Positions 42,301 through 54,074 of a stretch of DNA of 64,000 nt are shown here, one piece after another. Both the position numbers and the translations under genes were made by a program. Source of the stretch: Phoronis australis (lineage: Eukaryota; Animalia; Phoronida). The stretch is from contig NMRA01000747.1 in assembly GCA_002633005.1 (NCBI GenBank), positions 60,657 through 124,656 on the forward strand, given 5' to 3'. Numbering within the stretch: the first letter of the stretch is position 1; every line of letters begins with the position of its first letter. The notes below the pieces were generated by a model. The model was not told the origin of the DNA. It worked only from the letters and a program-made list of their open reading frames with translations, and searched no databases.

Positions 42301-42785
42301 TCCATTCAAAAACGTATTTAAAAATGTTGAAGAAACGCTACCACAGCGGCTGTGAATACGTATACGAATGCTTATCGACTCTGGAATGACCCCTACTGTT
42401 GAGTTTAAAATATTGTCACGTCACATAATAAATTTTATTTTCAAATCGTTTCAGCAACGTACCCTCTGGCGAGAGCGCTCGACACGTCTTCAAATTTACT
42501 CCTAAAAAGGAAGGTTACAAAACTATTCTGTCTAGTTTTGAATGCAACGAATTCGCTGACGTGACAGGCGACGTAAATTTCACCGTCGAACCGGCTCGTT
42601 CTGCGGATGATATCCCTCGCGAGGCAAGGCAACCAACAGAATCTACTGGCACAAGGCGTGGAACCACACCACCCACTGAGAGCACAAACACGGATTCTTC
42701 AGAAACAAGAGAACGTACAAGAGGTGAACCTACCGAACCGGACGTTCGCCGTGCAAGTCGTTCAAGCTATTGCACAATTCTGTAA
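24188..42785 (+). CDS. Protein-glutamine gamma-glutamyltransferase (transglutaminase, TGM/F13A/hemocyte TGase family), multi-exon; start exon not identified
   Basis: Join 24188..24391, 25339..25608, 27970..28088, 30347..30463, 31662..31836, 32276..32414, 33243..33346, 34798..34969, 35587..35752 (or copy 38316..38481), 36944..37145 (or copy 39673..39874), 40639..40799, 41136..41275, 42455..42785; phases are compatible. Motifs: [29 protein letters not shown] (catalytic Cys 31806-31808), SAHDT, WNFHVWND (His 33250-33252), [11 protein letters not shown] (Asp 33319-33321), [15 protein letters not shown], and two C-terminal beta-barrel exon pairs. Confidence 0.95.
25339..25608 (+). CDS. Transglutaminase exon (SPADCAVG...ILFNPW)
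   Basis: Acceptor ttttcag, donor gtaaat; phase 1-1. Confidence 0.92.
27970..28088 (+). CDS. Transglutaminase exon (DQVYM...EYVLND...WNFGQ) with GC donor
   Basis: Acceptor tttgcag; donor CAG|gcaagt, required to join WNFGQ to FE in the next exon. Confidence 0.9.
28519..30037 (+). mobile_element. 5'-truncated, frameshifted RTE-clade non-LTR retrotransposon inside the transglutaminase GC-AG intron
   Basis: RT motifs [81 protein letters not shown]; C-terminal [14 protein letters not shown]; (GAT)n tail; 13-bp TSD atgtttttcacca at 28506..28518 and 30038..30050. Confidence 0.93.
30347..30463 (+). CDS. Transglutaminase exon (FEEHVL...[14 protein letters not shown])
   Basis: Acceptor atgtag after a pyrimidine tract, donor gtaagt. 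Confidence 0.92.
30604..30969. mobile_element. MITE with ~26-bp TIRs
   Basis: caaggtgggatcaacaattggtcgga / tctgaccaattgttgattgccccttg. Confidence 0.7.
31662..31836 (+). CDS. Transglutaminase active-site exon (GNWSGDY...[12 protein letters not shown])
   Basis: Acceptor caacag, donor gtaata; catalytic Cys motif GQCWVF. Confidence 0.96.
32276..32414 (+). CDS. Transglutaminase exon ([20 protein letters not shown]...DSVW)
   Basis: Acceptor ttgcag, donor gtgggt. Confidence 0.94.
33243..33346 (+). CDS. Transglutaminase exon with catalytic His and Asp (NFHVWND...DATPQE)
   Basis: Acceptor ttctag, donor gtacga. Confidence 0.95.
34798..34969 (+). CDS. Transglutaminase exon (YCAGPSP...FIFAEVNAD)
   Basis: Acceptor ctgcag, donor gtgcgt; phase 1-2. 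Confidence 0.9.
35587..35752 (+). CDS. Transglutaminase exon (VGTSVKTK...[11 protein letters not shown]), copy 1
   Basis: Acceptor ttctag, donor gtaagg; duplicated at 38316..38481 (HTAE versus HTTE). Confidence 0.88.
36600..36835 (+). mobile_element. tRNA-derived SINE with 16-bp TSD (second copy 39329..39564)
   Basis: A box tggcctggttg, B box ggttcaagccc, short (ATT)n tail; TSD ttaagacgtttcttag at 36584..36599 and 36836..36851. Confidence 0.85.
36944..37145 (+). CDS. Transglutaminase beta-barrel 1 exon (IGSPFDITV...YTGV...LEPGE), copy 1
   Basis: Acceptor cactag, donor gtaagt; duplicated at 39673..39874. Confidence 0.88.
40639..40799 (+). CDS. Transglutaminase exon ([16 protein letters not shown]...[11 protein letters not shown])
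   Basis: Acceptor ttaacag, donor gtgagt; a gap-truncated copy lies at 37909..37978. Confidence 0.88.
41136..41275 (+). CDS. Transglutaminase beta-barrel 2 exon (VGEE...[14 protein letters not shown])
   Basis: Acceptor ttgtag, donor gtatgg; NPL...LT.C...EG.G motif. Confidence 0.9.
42455..42785 (+). CDS. Transglutaminase terminal exon with low-complexity tail ending CTIL*
   Basis: Acceptor tttcag, phase 2; reads [38 protein letters not shown]...[12 protein letters not shown] then TAA. Confidence 0.88.
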
Positions 42786-44689
42786 GATTACTTTGCGCCA
42801 GCTTCTATTTTGTCAAAAGCGTAATATTTACTGCAGCTTAACTGTGCTTATAAAGTAACGCCTTGTTTTTCTAGTCGTCTGACGGCACCTTAACAAATCA
42901 TGTACAAGAAAGAATAGTTTGTATACATTTACCAGGGTTTATTATGTAAATTTTAAGCGGTGGAAGATGGAATGGACACCATTAAAAGATACTAAATCCT
43001 ATTTTGGCGATTTCAACCAATCCTCGTTCTGTTCCCTTATTAATACATTGGCTTGATAAAAGCAAGATTCAATTAAAAAACACATTCTTTGTTATGGAAC
43101 TGGTATTATGGTTCTTGGTATATGGTCTTCCCCAGCTTAACCCGCCTCAAGTGAAGGTGATGTTTGCTTGGTTAGCAAAACTTTGTAAAGAATATCCAAA
43201 ATTTGCTTCGAAGTTTTCATTGTTGTCAAAGGTTAGGGAGCGTTGTTTTATTTCAGAAAGCTGGAAGGTAATGTCGTTCCTGATATTTGCTAAAGGGCGA
43301 AAGCCGGATTTTACATCCATTTAGATATTACTTGATATTATTATGAATAGATATTTTACTAGTAACATCGCTTAATAAAGTATTTTTTCAAACCAATACT
43401 GCTTATTTTTGTTCTAATTAATGTTTCATTTTCAAAAGAAAAGCATTGGGAATAGATTTTGTTGTTTTAAATACAATCCTTTGTATATATAAATGCTTAA
43501 AAGTTTCATCAGAAAAATCTCAAAGTGCTTAAAACCACCTTTTACCTTGTTTCAACAAGTGACCACATTGTCAGCATCATTGCACCTTCTTTTATGGCAC
43601 TGCATATCACAATAGTGAGTTCAATGTCTCAAAAACGCGAAACTAGAAGAAAAACGGCTTCACTTGACAGCTTCTTAGCTCCACGGACATGAGTGTGACG
43701 TATGAACATACCCAGCGCCAGTGTGTCATGTCCACCAGCACGCGAGTTTCTTAAATATTTTTGTCACATCTGCGCTTCTCCGATGTCTTGGGATATAGTG
43801 AAGAGGGTTGCATCTTGAACAAATAACACATTGTCACAACCACCACGAACGCAACACCTCGTCTTGTTACACCATAAACCACAGGAAAACGAGAAGCAAC
43901 ATCTGACGAATTTTCACACTAAATACAATGGAAGATGACTAGTGAAGTGATTGGTTGTCCCTGTTTTACGTAGTATACATCTTCCAATAAATGATCCTAA
44001 CTCGAGAACAGGTAGTAGAACAGTGTTTGAGGGTGTTCTTAATTTGACGGTCGTCTGGTGGGGTTGCTTTTTTGGTGTCTTTGATATAAAATTGATAATT
44101 TTAAGCACTTTGAAGTTGGAACAGTTAGCTATACAGTCATTCTTAAACACCTTTCAAGTACTCTTGGCAAATCGTAGTTTAATGCCAGCAAGTTTGCTTA
44201 GAATTCCCAGTGATGCACGAACAAATGGCTGCAACTGCAGAGATCCGCAGAAAGTCATTTACACTGTCCTAGACGGTTGGGTGAACGCTCAGAAGGAAAA
44301 CACTAACGTACATTCCCAAGGCGATAGAGTGGCACTCAATAACTTTTTCGAGCCACAGTCAAATTCCCCCTCCCTTTCCAATTTCGTATTGGCGCCTGCT
44401 AGATTGGCTGGACATTTTGAGATTTATTGTAGGTGCGGTGTCTTGAAATGGCATTTTCTAATCAATTTTTGGAATCTGGAGTGTTTTGGAATTTTGAGTG
44501 TGCTGTCTGTTGGTGTCTGCGAGTCGTGATGTTGAGTAAAAACTGCCAATGTTTTGTATTTTGCTCGACTAGCTATACTGTATGGCCAGTATTTGCATAT
44601 GTTTTATATTTTGTGGTTTTGTTGTAAAAAAGAAGCAATCTGCTTTCTCTCAGTTCGGCCAGCCTGGGAGGCAAAACTGGGGAAAACTG

Positions 44690-45500
44690 TTGTGCCACCT
44701 TAGCTAAAGCGATTTTTCATTGCGGGAGACAGCGTAATACAGTGAGAGGAGATTCTGAAAGTTTGGCAAAAGGTAACGGCAACCCAAAGAAATTTCTTGT
44801 CCCTTTGAAGCAGTTTAGTATACCAATCATGAAATATTTACAGCACCCGAAAATAAAGAACGCCATGTACACTTCGCGTTAAAAGCGAATGAACATGATT
44901 ATCGAGGTTATTGGAAAAAAGTCAATTGTAAAGGACATAAAAGATGCAGACTTTTCCCGTTATTGCTGACGAGTTTACGTCCAACAACGAAAAACTCATG
45001 TACTCGTTCATACGATTACTAGATACCCACGACAACATTCGACAGAAGTTACAAGGGACAAGTTGTAGTCTTGTGAGGATTACCGGCTAAAAAATACCTG
45101 GGCACCTTGGATAAGCCAAGTATTGACATTGCTAACAGCAGAGGCCAAGGATATGATGGTGCGACAAACATAAGTGGTGACAACATTGGAGTCCAGGCAA
45201 CTATGCGCGAAAGCTCTCTTTTAGCCTTATAGACACGATGCTGTGGGCATTGTCTAAATCTAGCAATAGATTGTTCACGCTCGATACTTGAAAAGAGAAC
45301 CACCTTTCCAACGAAGTAAAATACGTAGTGTATTTTTTATATGAGCAACCCAAAGAGTGATCATCTCCTGAACTGAGTTAAGAAACATTCCCGAATCTGT
45401 GGAAAAGTCACTAATTGATTTGTGCTGTACTCGTTGGGCGACAACTTATGCACAACATGCTTAAACGTTTACGCAAGCAAGCTAGGATGAGTGGAGGAAA
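44690..45500 (+). pseudogene. Decayed hAT-family transposase (ZMYM1/DUF4371-like)
   Basis: Fragments CGRQ...RGD, IADE, RGQGYDGATNISG, CCGHCLNLAI (CxxH) and LCCTRW, with stops and frameshifts. Confidence 0.8.
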
Positions 45501-45808
45501 ATTCATCAAATTGGTTCTGAAGCATTTCCATAACGATGAAGTGGACCTTTTAGTTGATATTTCGCAAAAGAATGGCGTTGATCCTGTATTGTTATCTGGA
45601 TCATCCTTAAGAAACTAAACAATGAGGTACGCAATTAAATACATGTTTGTCAAGAAATTCAGTAGCTAAAGAAAGCGTCACAATAGACGGGGACACAGCG
45701 CATTTAATTCAGAGCACATATTGCAAGTTCCACTGCCAGTACTTTGAGCATTGAAGCGACGAATTTAAATAGTACCACGATTACAATGACGAAGAGGTAA
45801 GTCAAGTC

Positions 45809-46027
45809 GTGAACACCGCTAGGGTTAGAATCAACTCAATGGCGGCTAAGACTGCTCTCACTCATTTTGGGTGCTACGTCAAGTACCCTGACATTACAGC
45901 AGACGCCAGGTGGTTGTTCGAGCCAGGTGGTGTCCACCTGTCGCCTGGAAACGATATTTTTCTCAATACTATAAAGGGTGCCTTAGATCAATTCACAGCT
46001 AGTGGACCTCAGGTGTATGGTCAATAG
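45809..46027 (+). pseudogene. SGNH-hydrolase C-terminal fragment, probably from a DIRS/Ngaro-type retroelement
   Basis: LFEPGGVHLSPGNDIFLN resembles the SGNH block V motif DGVHLS..G, with Asp replaced by Gly; the N-terminal blocks are absent. Confidence 0.55.
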
Positions 46028-49000
46028 CTCTCTCATTTATGCTTAGGTAAGAGTCTTCTAAATGGTATCACCATATTATATTATATTGTTTAACTTCCCC
46101 TCTAATTTTCCCACATCCCCTGCAATTCCTATTCGTCTCTGAGTACCAGGGTCACGGCCCCCACGCGGGTTGTGGCGGTGGACAGGATTGTTCATCCATG
46201 CACAACCCTGCCCATGTGGCACAATCTGAGCCACAACACCAAGTTGCTTACAATAACTTTTTTATCACTCCGGCTGGTCTTCTCACTGAGCTTGTCCGGA
46301 ACCTGTTTTGCCAGGTTGTTATAACCCAGTTGGCTGTTTGGTGTGCCCTCTTGGTACTTCATGTGATATTTGTTAATTTGACAGTTTGTATCCATTTGAT
46401 ACTTATTATTTAATTTGCGTTTAGTTTGCTCCACCCACTTGGTAGGCATTCATCCAATACCCATTTGGTATTATGTACCCAACTGGTACTATACTAACCT
46501 CTGCGACTCGTTATCCGATACTCAATTACACACTGGATTTCGTGAATGTGTCTGTTATCTCTTGTAATTAAGGAACCAATCTAGTACCGTATGTAAAATA
46601 ATTAATTGCAGAGCCGTGACCCTGCAATTCTCAAAACAACCTAATATATACATTTTGTTTGCGTTGTTTCATTTGTCCTCAAAAATGAGATTGATGACAC
46701 TCTGGGCAAATACTATTCTACAGTCCTTCAGGCTTCACATACAATTAATATTTATTTCCGGTTGTTCTTTTCCTCCAGCTTCCGATTGGCCCAGCGTCGA
46801 CGAACAGCATATTCACTTGTAAGTTTTTTCACAATTAAACAGTTTTATACCTATGCCACCCTGTCTACCCTGTGCTGAAAAAAATCTGGTGCTGGTTATT
46901 GTTGTTATCACAGCCACTGCTGATACCTCCTTCAAGCCCACAGTGTGTTGCCGTCAAGTAAGAAAAGACTCCATTGGCTAGCGACCGCAGATTGCCTTTC
47001 TCTATACCGGTCGCAGCTCCCAGGACAATTGGCACAAAATGAGTCACAACACTACGTTCATTACGAGATTTTTTTTTATNTGTCGTTCCTGATATTTGCT
47101 AAAGGGCGAAAGCCGGATTTGACATCCATTTAGATATTACTTGATATTGTTATGAATAGATATTTTACTATTAACATCGCTTAATAAAGTATTTTTTCAA
47201 ACCAACACTGCTTAGTTTTGTTCTAATTGATGTTTCATTTTCAAAGGAAAAGCATTGGGAATAGATTTTGTTGTTTTAAATACAAGCCTTTGTCTATATA
47301 AATGCTTGAAAGTTTCATCAGAAAAAAATCTCAAAGTGCTTAAGACCACCTTTTACCTTGTTTCAACAAGTGACTACATTGTCAGCATCATTGCACCTTC
47401 TTTTATGGCACTGCATATCACAATAGTGAGTTTAATGTCTCAAAAACTAGAAACTAGAAGAAAAACGGCTTCACTTGACAGCTTCTTAGCTCCATGGACA
47501 TGAGTGTGACGTATGAACATACCCGGCGCCAGTGTGTCATGTCCACCAGCACGTGAGTTTCTTGAATATTTTTGTCACATCTGCGCTTCTCCGATGTCTT
47601 GGGATAGAGTGAAGAGGGTTGCATCTTGAGCAAATAACACATTGTCACAGCCACCACGAACGCGACACCTCGTCTTATTACATCATAAATCACAGGAAAA
47701 CGAGAAGCAACATCTGACGACTTTTCACACTAAATACAATGGAAGATGACTAGTGAAGTGATTGGTTGTCTCTGTTTTACGTAGTATGCATCTTCCAATA
47801 AATGATCCTAACTCGAGAAAAGCTAGTAGTAGAGTGTTTGCGGGTGTTCTTAATTTGACAGTTGGTCGTCTGGTGGGGTTGCTTTTTTGTTGTCTTTGAT
47901 ATAAAATTGATAATTTTAAGCACTTTGAAGTTGGAACAGTTAGCTATACAGTCATTCTTAAACACCTTTCAAGTACTCTTGGCAAATCGTAGTTTAATGC
48001 CAGCAAGTTTGCTTAGAATTCCCAGTGATGCACGAACAAATGGCTGCAACTGCAGAGATCCGCAGAAAGTCATTTACACTGTCCTAGACGGTTGGGTGAA
48101 CGCTCAGAAGGAAAACACTAACGTACATTTCCAAGGCGATACAGTGACTTTCAATAATTTTTTCGAGCCACAGTCAAATTCACCCCCTCCCTTTCCAATT
48201 TCGTATTGGCGCCTGCTAGATTGGCTGCACATTTTGAGATTTATTGTAAGTGCGGTGGCTTGAAATGGCATTTGTTTATTTTTTGAACCTGTTTTGGAAA
48301 AAAGTTCAAGTCCGGCTGGTCTGCTCACTCAGCTTGTCCGAAACCTATTTTTCCAGGTTGTTGTAGCCCAGTTGGCTGTTTGGTGTGCCCTCTTGATACT
48401 TTATGTGATATTTGTCCATTTGGCAGTTTGTATCCATTTGATACTTATTATTTAACTTGCGTTCAGTTTGCTCGACCCACTTGGTAGGCATTCAACCAAT
48501 ACCCATTTGGTATTATGTACCCAACTGGTACTATACTAACCTCTGCGACTCGTTATCCGATACTCAATTACACACTAGGTTTCGTGAATGTGTCTGTTAT
48601 CTCTTGTAATTAAAGAACCAATCTAGTGCCGTGTGTAAAATAATTAATTGCAGAGCCGTGACCCTGCAATTCTCAAAACAACCTAATATATACATTATTT
48701 TTGCGTTCTTTTATTTGTCCTCAAAAATGAGATTGATGACACTCTGACATAAATCCTATTATTTGGGCAAATACTATTCTACAGTCCTTCAGGCTTCACA
48801 TACAATTAATATTTATTTCCGGTTGTTCTTTTTCTCCAGCTTCCGATTGGCCCAGCGTCAACGAACAGCATATTCACTCATAAGTTTTTTCCCAATTAAA
48901 CAGTTTTATACCTATCCCACTCTGTCTACCCTGTGTTGAAAAAAATCTGGTTCTGGTTATTGTTGTTATTACAGCCACAGTGTGTTGTCGTCAAGTAAGA

Positions 49001-50525
49001 AAAGACTCCATTGGCTAGCGACCGCAGATTGCCTTTCTCTATACCGGTCGCAGCTCCCAGGACAATTGGCACAAAATGAGTCACAACACTACGTTCATTA
49101 CGAGATTTCTTTTTATTACTCTACTTGGTCTGCTCATATAGCTTGTCCGGAATCTGCTTTGCCAGGTTGTTACAGTCCAGTTGGATGTTTGGTGTATCCA
49201 CTTGGTACTTTATACATTTTCCCATTTTTCAGTTTGTTTCTATTTGGTATTTATTATTAAGTTTTCTGTTTCGCTCGACCCACTTAGTGAGCAATCGGCC
49301 AATATCATTTAGACGTTGCTTCAGAGGCTCTGTATTTGAGATAGCCTTTGAGAGTAAACCAGAAAAAAGAAACAGCTCCAAAACTCTCTTTACCTTGGCA
49401 ATCACGACAAAAGGAAGCTTTCCATATAATTTAGTAGCTTTTTTCGCTTACAGTGTGTTTTTATTGTTCACTTGCTCTTTCGCTTTATTTTTGAAGAAGA
49501 TGTTTCGATGTCAGCGACACCACCAGTCTTGTCTCTAAGTCAATAACTAACGCATTTATATTTATTTGAAATATCAGTACATTTTATGACACCTTGAATA
49601 TTCGAATTTCGTCAATATCTTTGAGAAAGATTCTAGATTTGAAAAATCGTCTAAAATACTTATTAACTTTGGAAATCGGATGATTGAGATCTTCCCAATT
49701 TCAGCTTGCATTTAAGCTCATTGAACTAAGCTTCATCCATTCTTTCAAAACTCTTACAAGATGAGATTCTACGAATCAGTCGATAGTCGACGAATATACG
49801 CACATGTACACTGTATAGGCCATTGTCCATTCGACTCTACGAAGCCTAGAAAATCACTTCCGTGGCCACTTTTTGGGGGCAAGATAATTTTGGTGTTTAT
49901 AAGGTCATTAAGTACTATACTTTAAGAATCTAAAAAGTTCCCAAGGTTTGACATGCACGTTTTCGAGAAATTTGATCTAAGAAATCTGACTTTTTTGCAA
50001 AATTTGACAAAGAAAACCAATCTTCAAAAAACAACAACATTAGACAAAAACTGAATGATAATTTGATTGGGTTTTATTAATTTGAGGTAACCGGACAAGA
50101 AAAGTGATAAATATCATGACATAATGTGAAGAACTGTTCAAAAAGAGAAAAAGAAAAAAATTAGTAGCACCTCCTGTTGGTCAGAAAACATACTACTACA
50201 TTCTGAACTCCTACTAAAAGAACAATACTGTCAACCATTTGGAACTTGATAAAGATTTGATACCACAACCTACATATGAGCAACATACAATTCCAACGCT
50301 TCTCCAAGGAATTCAGTCTCATCACTTTTATTAATTGTCACAATTAATTATCACTATTCACAATGCAATTGATTGTCAACTGTCACAGGGAATGATACAC
50401 CCTACAGTCCCGACAGTCACCAGCATGATAAAATGTTGTCAATATTTTCCATTAGGTTAAAAATTTAATGTTCTTTAACAACATAGCATACTCTTATTAT
50501 GTTTCTTCATCCACTCCATCATCAT

Positions 50526-51010
50526 TTATGTCATCATCATTGTCATCAAAAGTTGTTTCGTTAGAGACACCATGTTCACACACTCTGAACAGTCACACAA
50601 CTTAGAACATGGCATGCCCGACTTCAAGCAAGAGCACATTTTTTTAAAACAAGCACTTCTTTTACACTTGCCATTAACATTTTTCATGGCATTTTCTGGA
50701 GCTAAAGGCAGAGTCATCCAGTGGTGCTTCAGACTAACCTGCTCCAAAAGCCACACATTACCAACTGGAGATGGTGCACTGACATGCTGTTGCAAGGCTC
50801 GTTTGTGAATGGCACACTGGTAGTTTACTCTTTTGGCACGTAACAGCAAGCAATCATGATTAGGAGACAGAGATGATTCCATCACAGATTTCAACCTGAA
50901 TATGTGATAGCGTGCTTTGTTAACTGTTGATGAGTCGCCATAGAGCTTGCATACAAACGGTTCAAAGTCTTCAATGAGTTGACCAGGAAACACAAATTTT
51001 GAGCCCAATT
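50526..51010 (-). pseudogene. C-terminal fragment of an Academ(X)-like transposase (post-XPG/PIN region and Cys-rich CXC finger)
   Basis: FVCKLYG...VNKARY...LSPN..CL....KR.NYQ...PSP...W...WMT.P.AP...CK..C....CSC.K....CS.LC.C..C.N. Confidence 0.7.
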
Positions 51011-51482
51011 TTGATGACAAATTTAAAAAATATCTGCTTGCAAGCCTACACCCTAACCGAAATAAAAAAAGTTTTGACAACCTGAATACCGTTTCATCTA
51101 AACACATTCTTACAGTAGTCCTATTCAACTGAAATACATAACCAAAATGCTCTTCACTTTAGGACATAGTGTTGCCAACAACTGAAATTTCAGTTTGTCT
51201 AAGTGCTCAGCAAAAATAAGCATCACACCAATATTCGAAGGTGTGCTCTTAGATTTTTGACGGGCAGCCAGGGACACACGGAGGACACGGCATCCCACGG
51301 CGTTTGGGATTTCGCCCAGAAATTTTCCGAATTAATTCGTATTTTGGTTCATCCCACAGTTGGCTGTTACGATTTATGAGTTCAACTCAAGCTTAAAAAT
51401 CGCAGAAATATTTGTTTATGATTGTCAGAACATTTACTGTACAGTACTTTAAGTACCTTAATCGGTTAGAAATGTACACTGT

Positions 51483-51875
51483 CACGGATAAGAAACAACA
51501 TGACCGCTGGACCCAAAACATTACCACCGGTCCTCCAAATCAGACTGACTCACCACAAATCAGGACCTACAGGGATCAAATGGGGCCGTCGCACCAGAAA
51601 ATGGATCTGACGCACCTAAAATCATGAAAGCCCCTCCACAAAACAGGACCGCCGGAGACTGAACATGACCGCCGAACAAATTGTAGTTATCAATGATACT
51701 GTGGGTTATGATGTTCAATCTTCGACGGGCCTGTTTTTTGGTGAGGAGGTCATGTTTTGAGGTGCGTTGGTCCCAATTTTCTGGTGTGGCGGTCCCATTT
51801 CATCGCCGTAGGTCCTGTTTTGTGGTGAGTCGGTTCGATTTGGAGGACCGGCGGTCGCGTTGTTTCTCACCCGTG
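51483..51875. mobile_element. Near-palindromic MITE with CACGG/CCGTG ends (Transib/Chapaev-like termini)
   Basis: Arms ~51483..51680 and ~51710..51875 are reverse complementary; flanks actgt / attgt form an imperfect 5-bp TSD. Confidence 0.7.
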
Positions 51876-52690
51876 ATTGTTCACGGTCATCAAAATTGGA
51901 CCTCCGACAATCTGAATGACATATGCAAAGGTGAAGGTTAATTCTATCATTGAGCGACCTTCCAAGAAGTGACATTCTATAACAAGAAGCTGCATGATTA
52001 AAAAAAGGAGTACAGAAGTAATCAATTCCATCTGTGTGACTTCTCTCCGTGAGCAGCCAGTTTTTTCAATAAAAACAGAAAATGGGTGACTGCGTGGATG
52101 CCCACGACGGATCCCTCAATAGTAAAAGGTCTATTACTTCAATAAACAGAAAATGAATAGCTATTGGTACTATCAACGTTTAACTAATGACTTTAAATTT
52201 TGTTTCGATGAAAACGAAGAAAGAGACTGACATAACTGGGGACTGGAGAAATATTGTTTTGCATCGAATTTAACTTAAGAAACAGTGAATTAACGTTATC
52301 TGCAAAAGCTGCGCCTTAAAAATTTTCAGACTTTTTGAAATACTTGCACAAATGACTAAATGCAAATTTACAAGGGCATTTGCGCTATCTGTGCTGCAAA
52401 AAATTGGACACTCTAACAATGATGTCCTGGCTAGTCCTCTTGAAGGGTAAATCAAGAAATTGTAGTTGACAAACGTTTGCTTGATTTTTCTCTTCCGTAT
52501 GTTTCCCTGTCTTTTTTTCGCCGCTATCTCTGGTAGTCCACGCCGATACCAGTTAACAAGGACTAAATATGACGCCTAAAAAATTTAGGGAAGCATATGC
52601 CCCACCCGCGCATCTTATGTCCCTTTGTAAATATTTACTCTGACGGAAGCATTCCCTGGTTGACATCAGATTCATTCTAACCTGATGGTG

Positions 52691-53251
52691 GGCCGTTGAG
52701 GGGAAAGTGTCGCCGTAAAATTACTCTCGTAATTACGATCGTAAATTAAATTGCAAGAGTGTCGCCGTACAATTACGCTCGTAAATTAAATTGGGAAATT
52801 TTTCGCCGTAAAATTACGCTCGTAATTACGAAAGTAAATTAAATTGCAAAAGTGCTGCAGGCAAATTACGCCCGTAAATTAAATGTCGCCGTAAATTAAG
52901 CTCGTAAAATACGAGAAGGTTCCAAATTTAAACCAATCAGTGTTAACCTGGTTAACTGGTTCTTGCAAAATCGCTGACATTGCAGCAGCGATTTGGTTCG
53001 CCATGATTCAACGCTGGTGGCGTAGACATGTAACCCGTCAGTAAAAAGGTATTAACATGAGCGCGCGCGACAGTAAGTTGTGAAATCGAACGTCATTGGC
53101 TAAGAGATTAAACTAAATTACGAGAGTAATTTTACGCCGCATAGAATTAAATTACGCTCGTAATTTTACGGCGTAAATAATGGCGCAAAGAACTGCAAAA
53201 TGTACAAAATTACGCTCGTATTTTTCCGGCGACACTTTCCCCCCAACGGCC
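52691..53251. mobile_element. MITE with ~25-bp TIRs and internal aaattacgctcgtaa repeats
   Basis: ggccgttgaggggaaagtgtcgccg / cggcgacactttccccccaacggcc; no TSD recognised. Confidence 0.75.
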
Positions 53252-54074
53252 AGTCATACAACCCTTCCGTCAACGTCAACGCACCTATTCCGTGTTCCCG
53301 GCACAGGTCACGTGATGCTTTCAGGAATCACATGAAGTTGTTCGTCAATTGTTAGTGAAACAACTTTGAATGGAATTGACTGCCACAACACCATACCACT
53401 CTGGTCCGATCGTCAGTGAATTGTTGCACGAATGAAATCAATTGGCTGATACCAGCAACTAATAAAAATCCTCCACGGGTTGTCGTCATGCTTTCTTTGA
53501 AGGGTACCTCCTTTGAATGTCACAGTCGTCACCGCCAGCAGAGACGTGGTATTGTTATTCGCTGTCGGTGGTTTTCGTCCCGTGAACTAAATCGTGACGT
53601 AATTCGGTTACATTCGAGGCATACAATCGACTGAACGTTCTTTGCGATTAGACACACTTTTGCACCCGTCTGTCATCATCAAGGAAAGCTGCTGTCACAT
53701 GAGATGCGCAGCTTAGATTCATTGTACGAAGTAAGGGCATGCAGTTGACCAATAGTAACATGACTGTATAAATGTTCTTTTTGTTTATTTTAGTTTAACG
53801 AATGGCGCGCAAAGGTGTGCATCACTCAGCCACAGACATGGGAGCACGGCACTCACGACTATGACGCCATGATGCGCTGGAAGTGCGCTTGCCACTATCG
53901 AAGATTTGATTGCTGACTGTTTGAATATAACTCTGCACAATCTAACCTTAACTATAACACTAACGCACTAACGAAAGCACCATAACCCCAGCCAGTAATC
54001 AAATCTTCTGAGGGTGGTTCCTTTCTTCCTCACGAACTTTACACGAGGGATGGCATTGTGACGACCGATCCAGA

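Larger units (their letters stand above)
43272..49116. repeat. Tandem duplication (43272..47079 and 47081..49116) joined at a single N; copy 2 lacks ~44460..46268
   Basis: Both copies start tgtcgttcctgatatttgctaaagggcg and end cactacgttcattacgagattt. Confidence 0.88.

Noticed and set aside
43150-43320. Minus-strand MDVKSGFRPL as a reverse-transcriptase motif
   Set aside because: No further RT motifs follow and the frame stops after ~57 codons.
43951-44529. 192-aa plus-strand ORF
   Set aside because: No recognisable domain, and the frame is disrupted in the duplicate copy at ~47760-48263.
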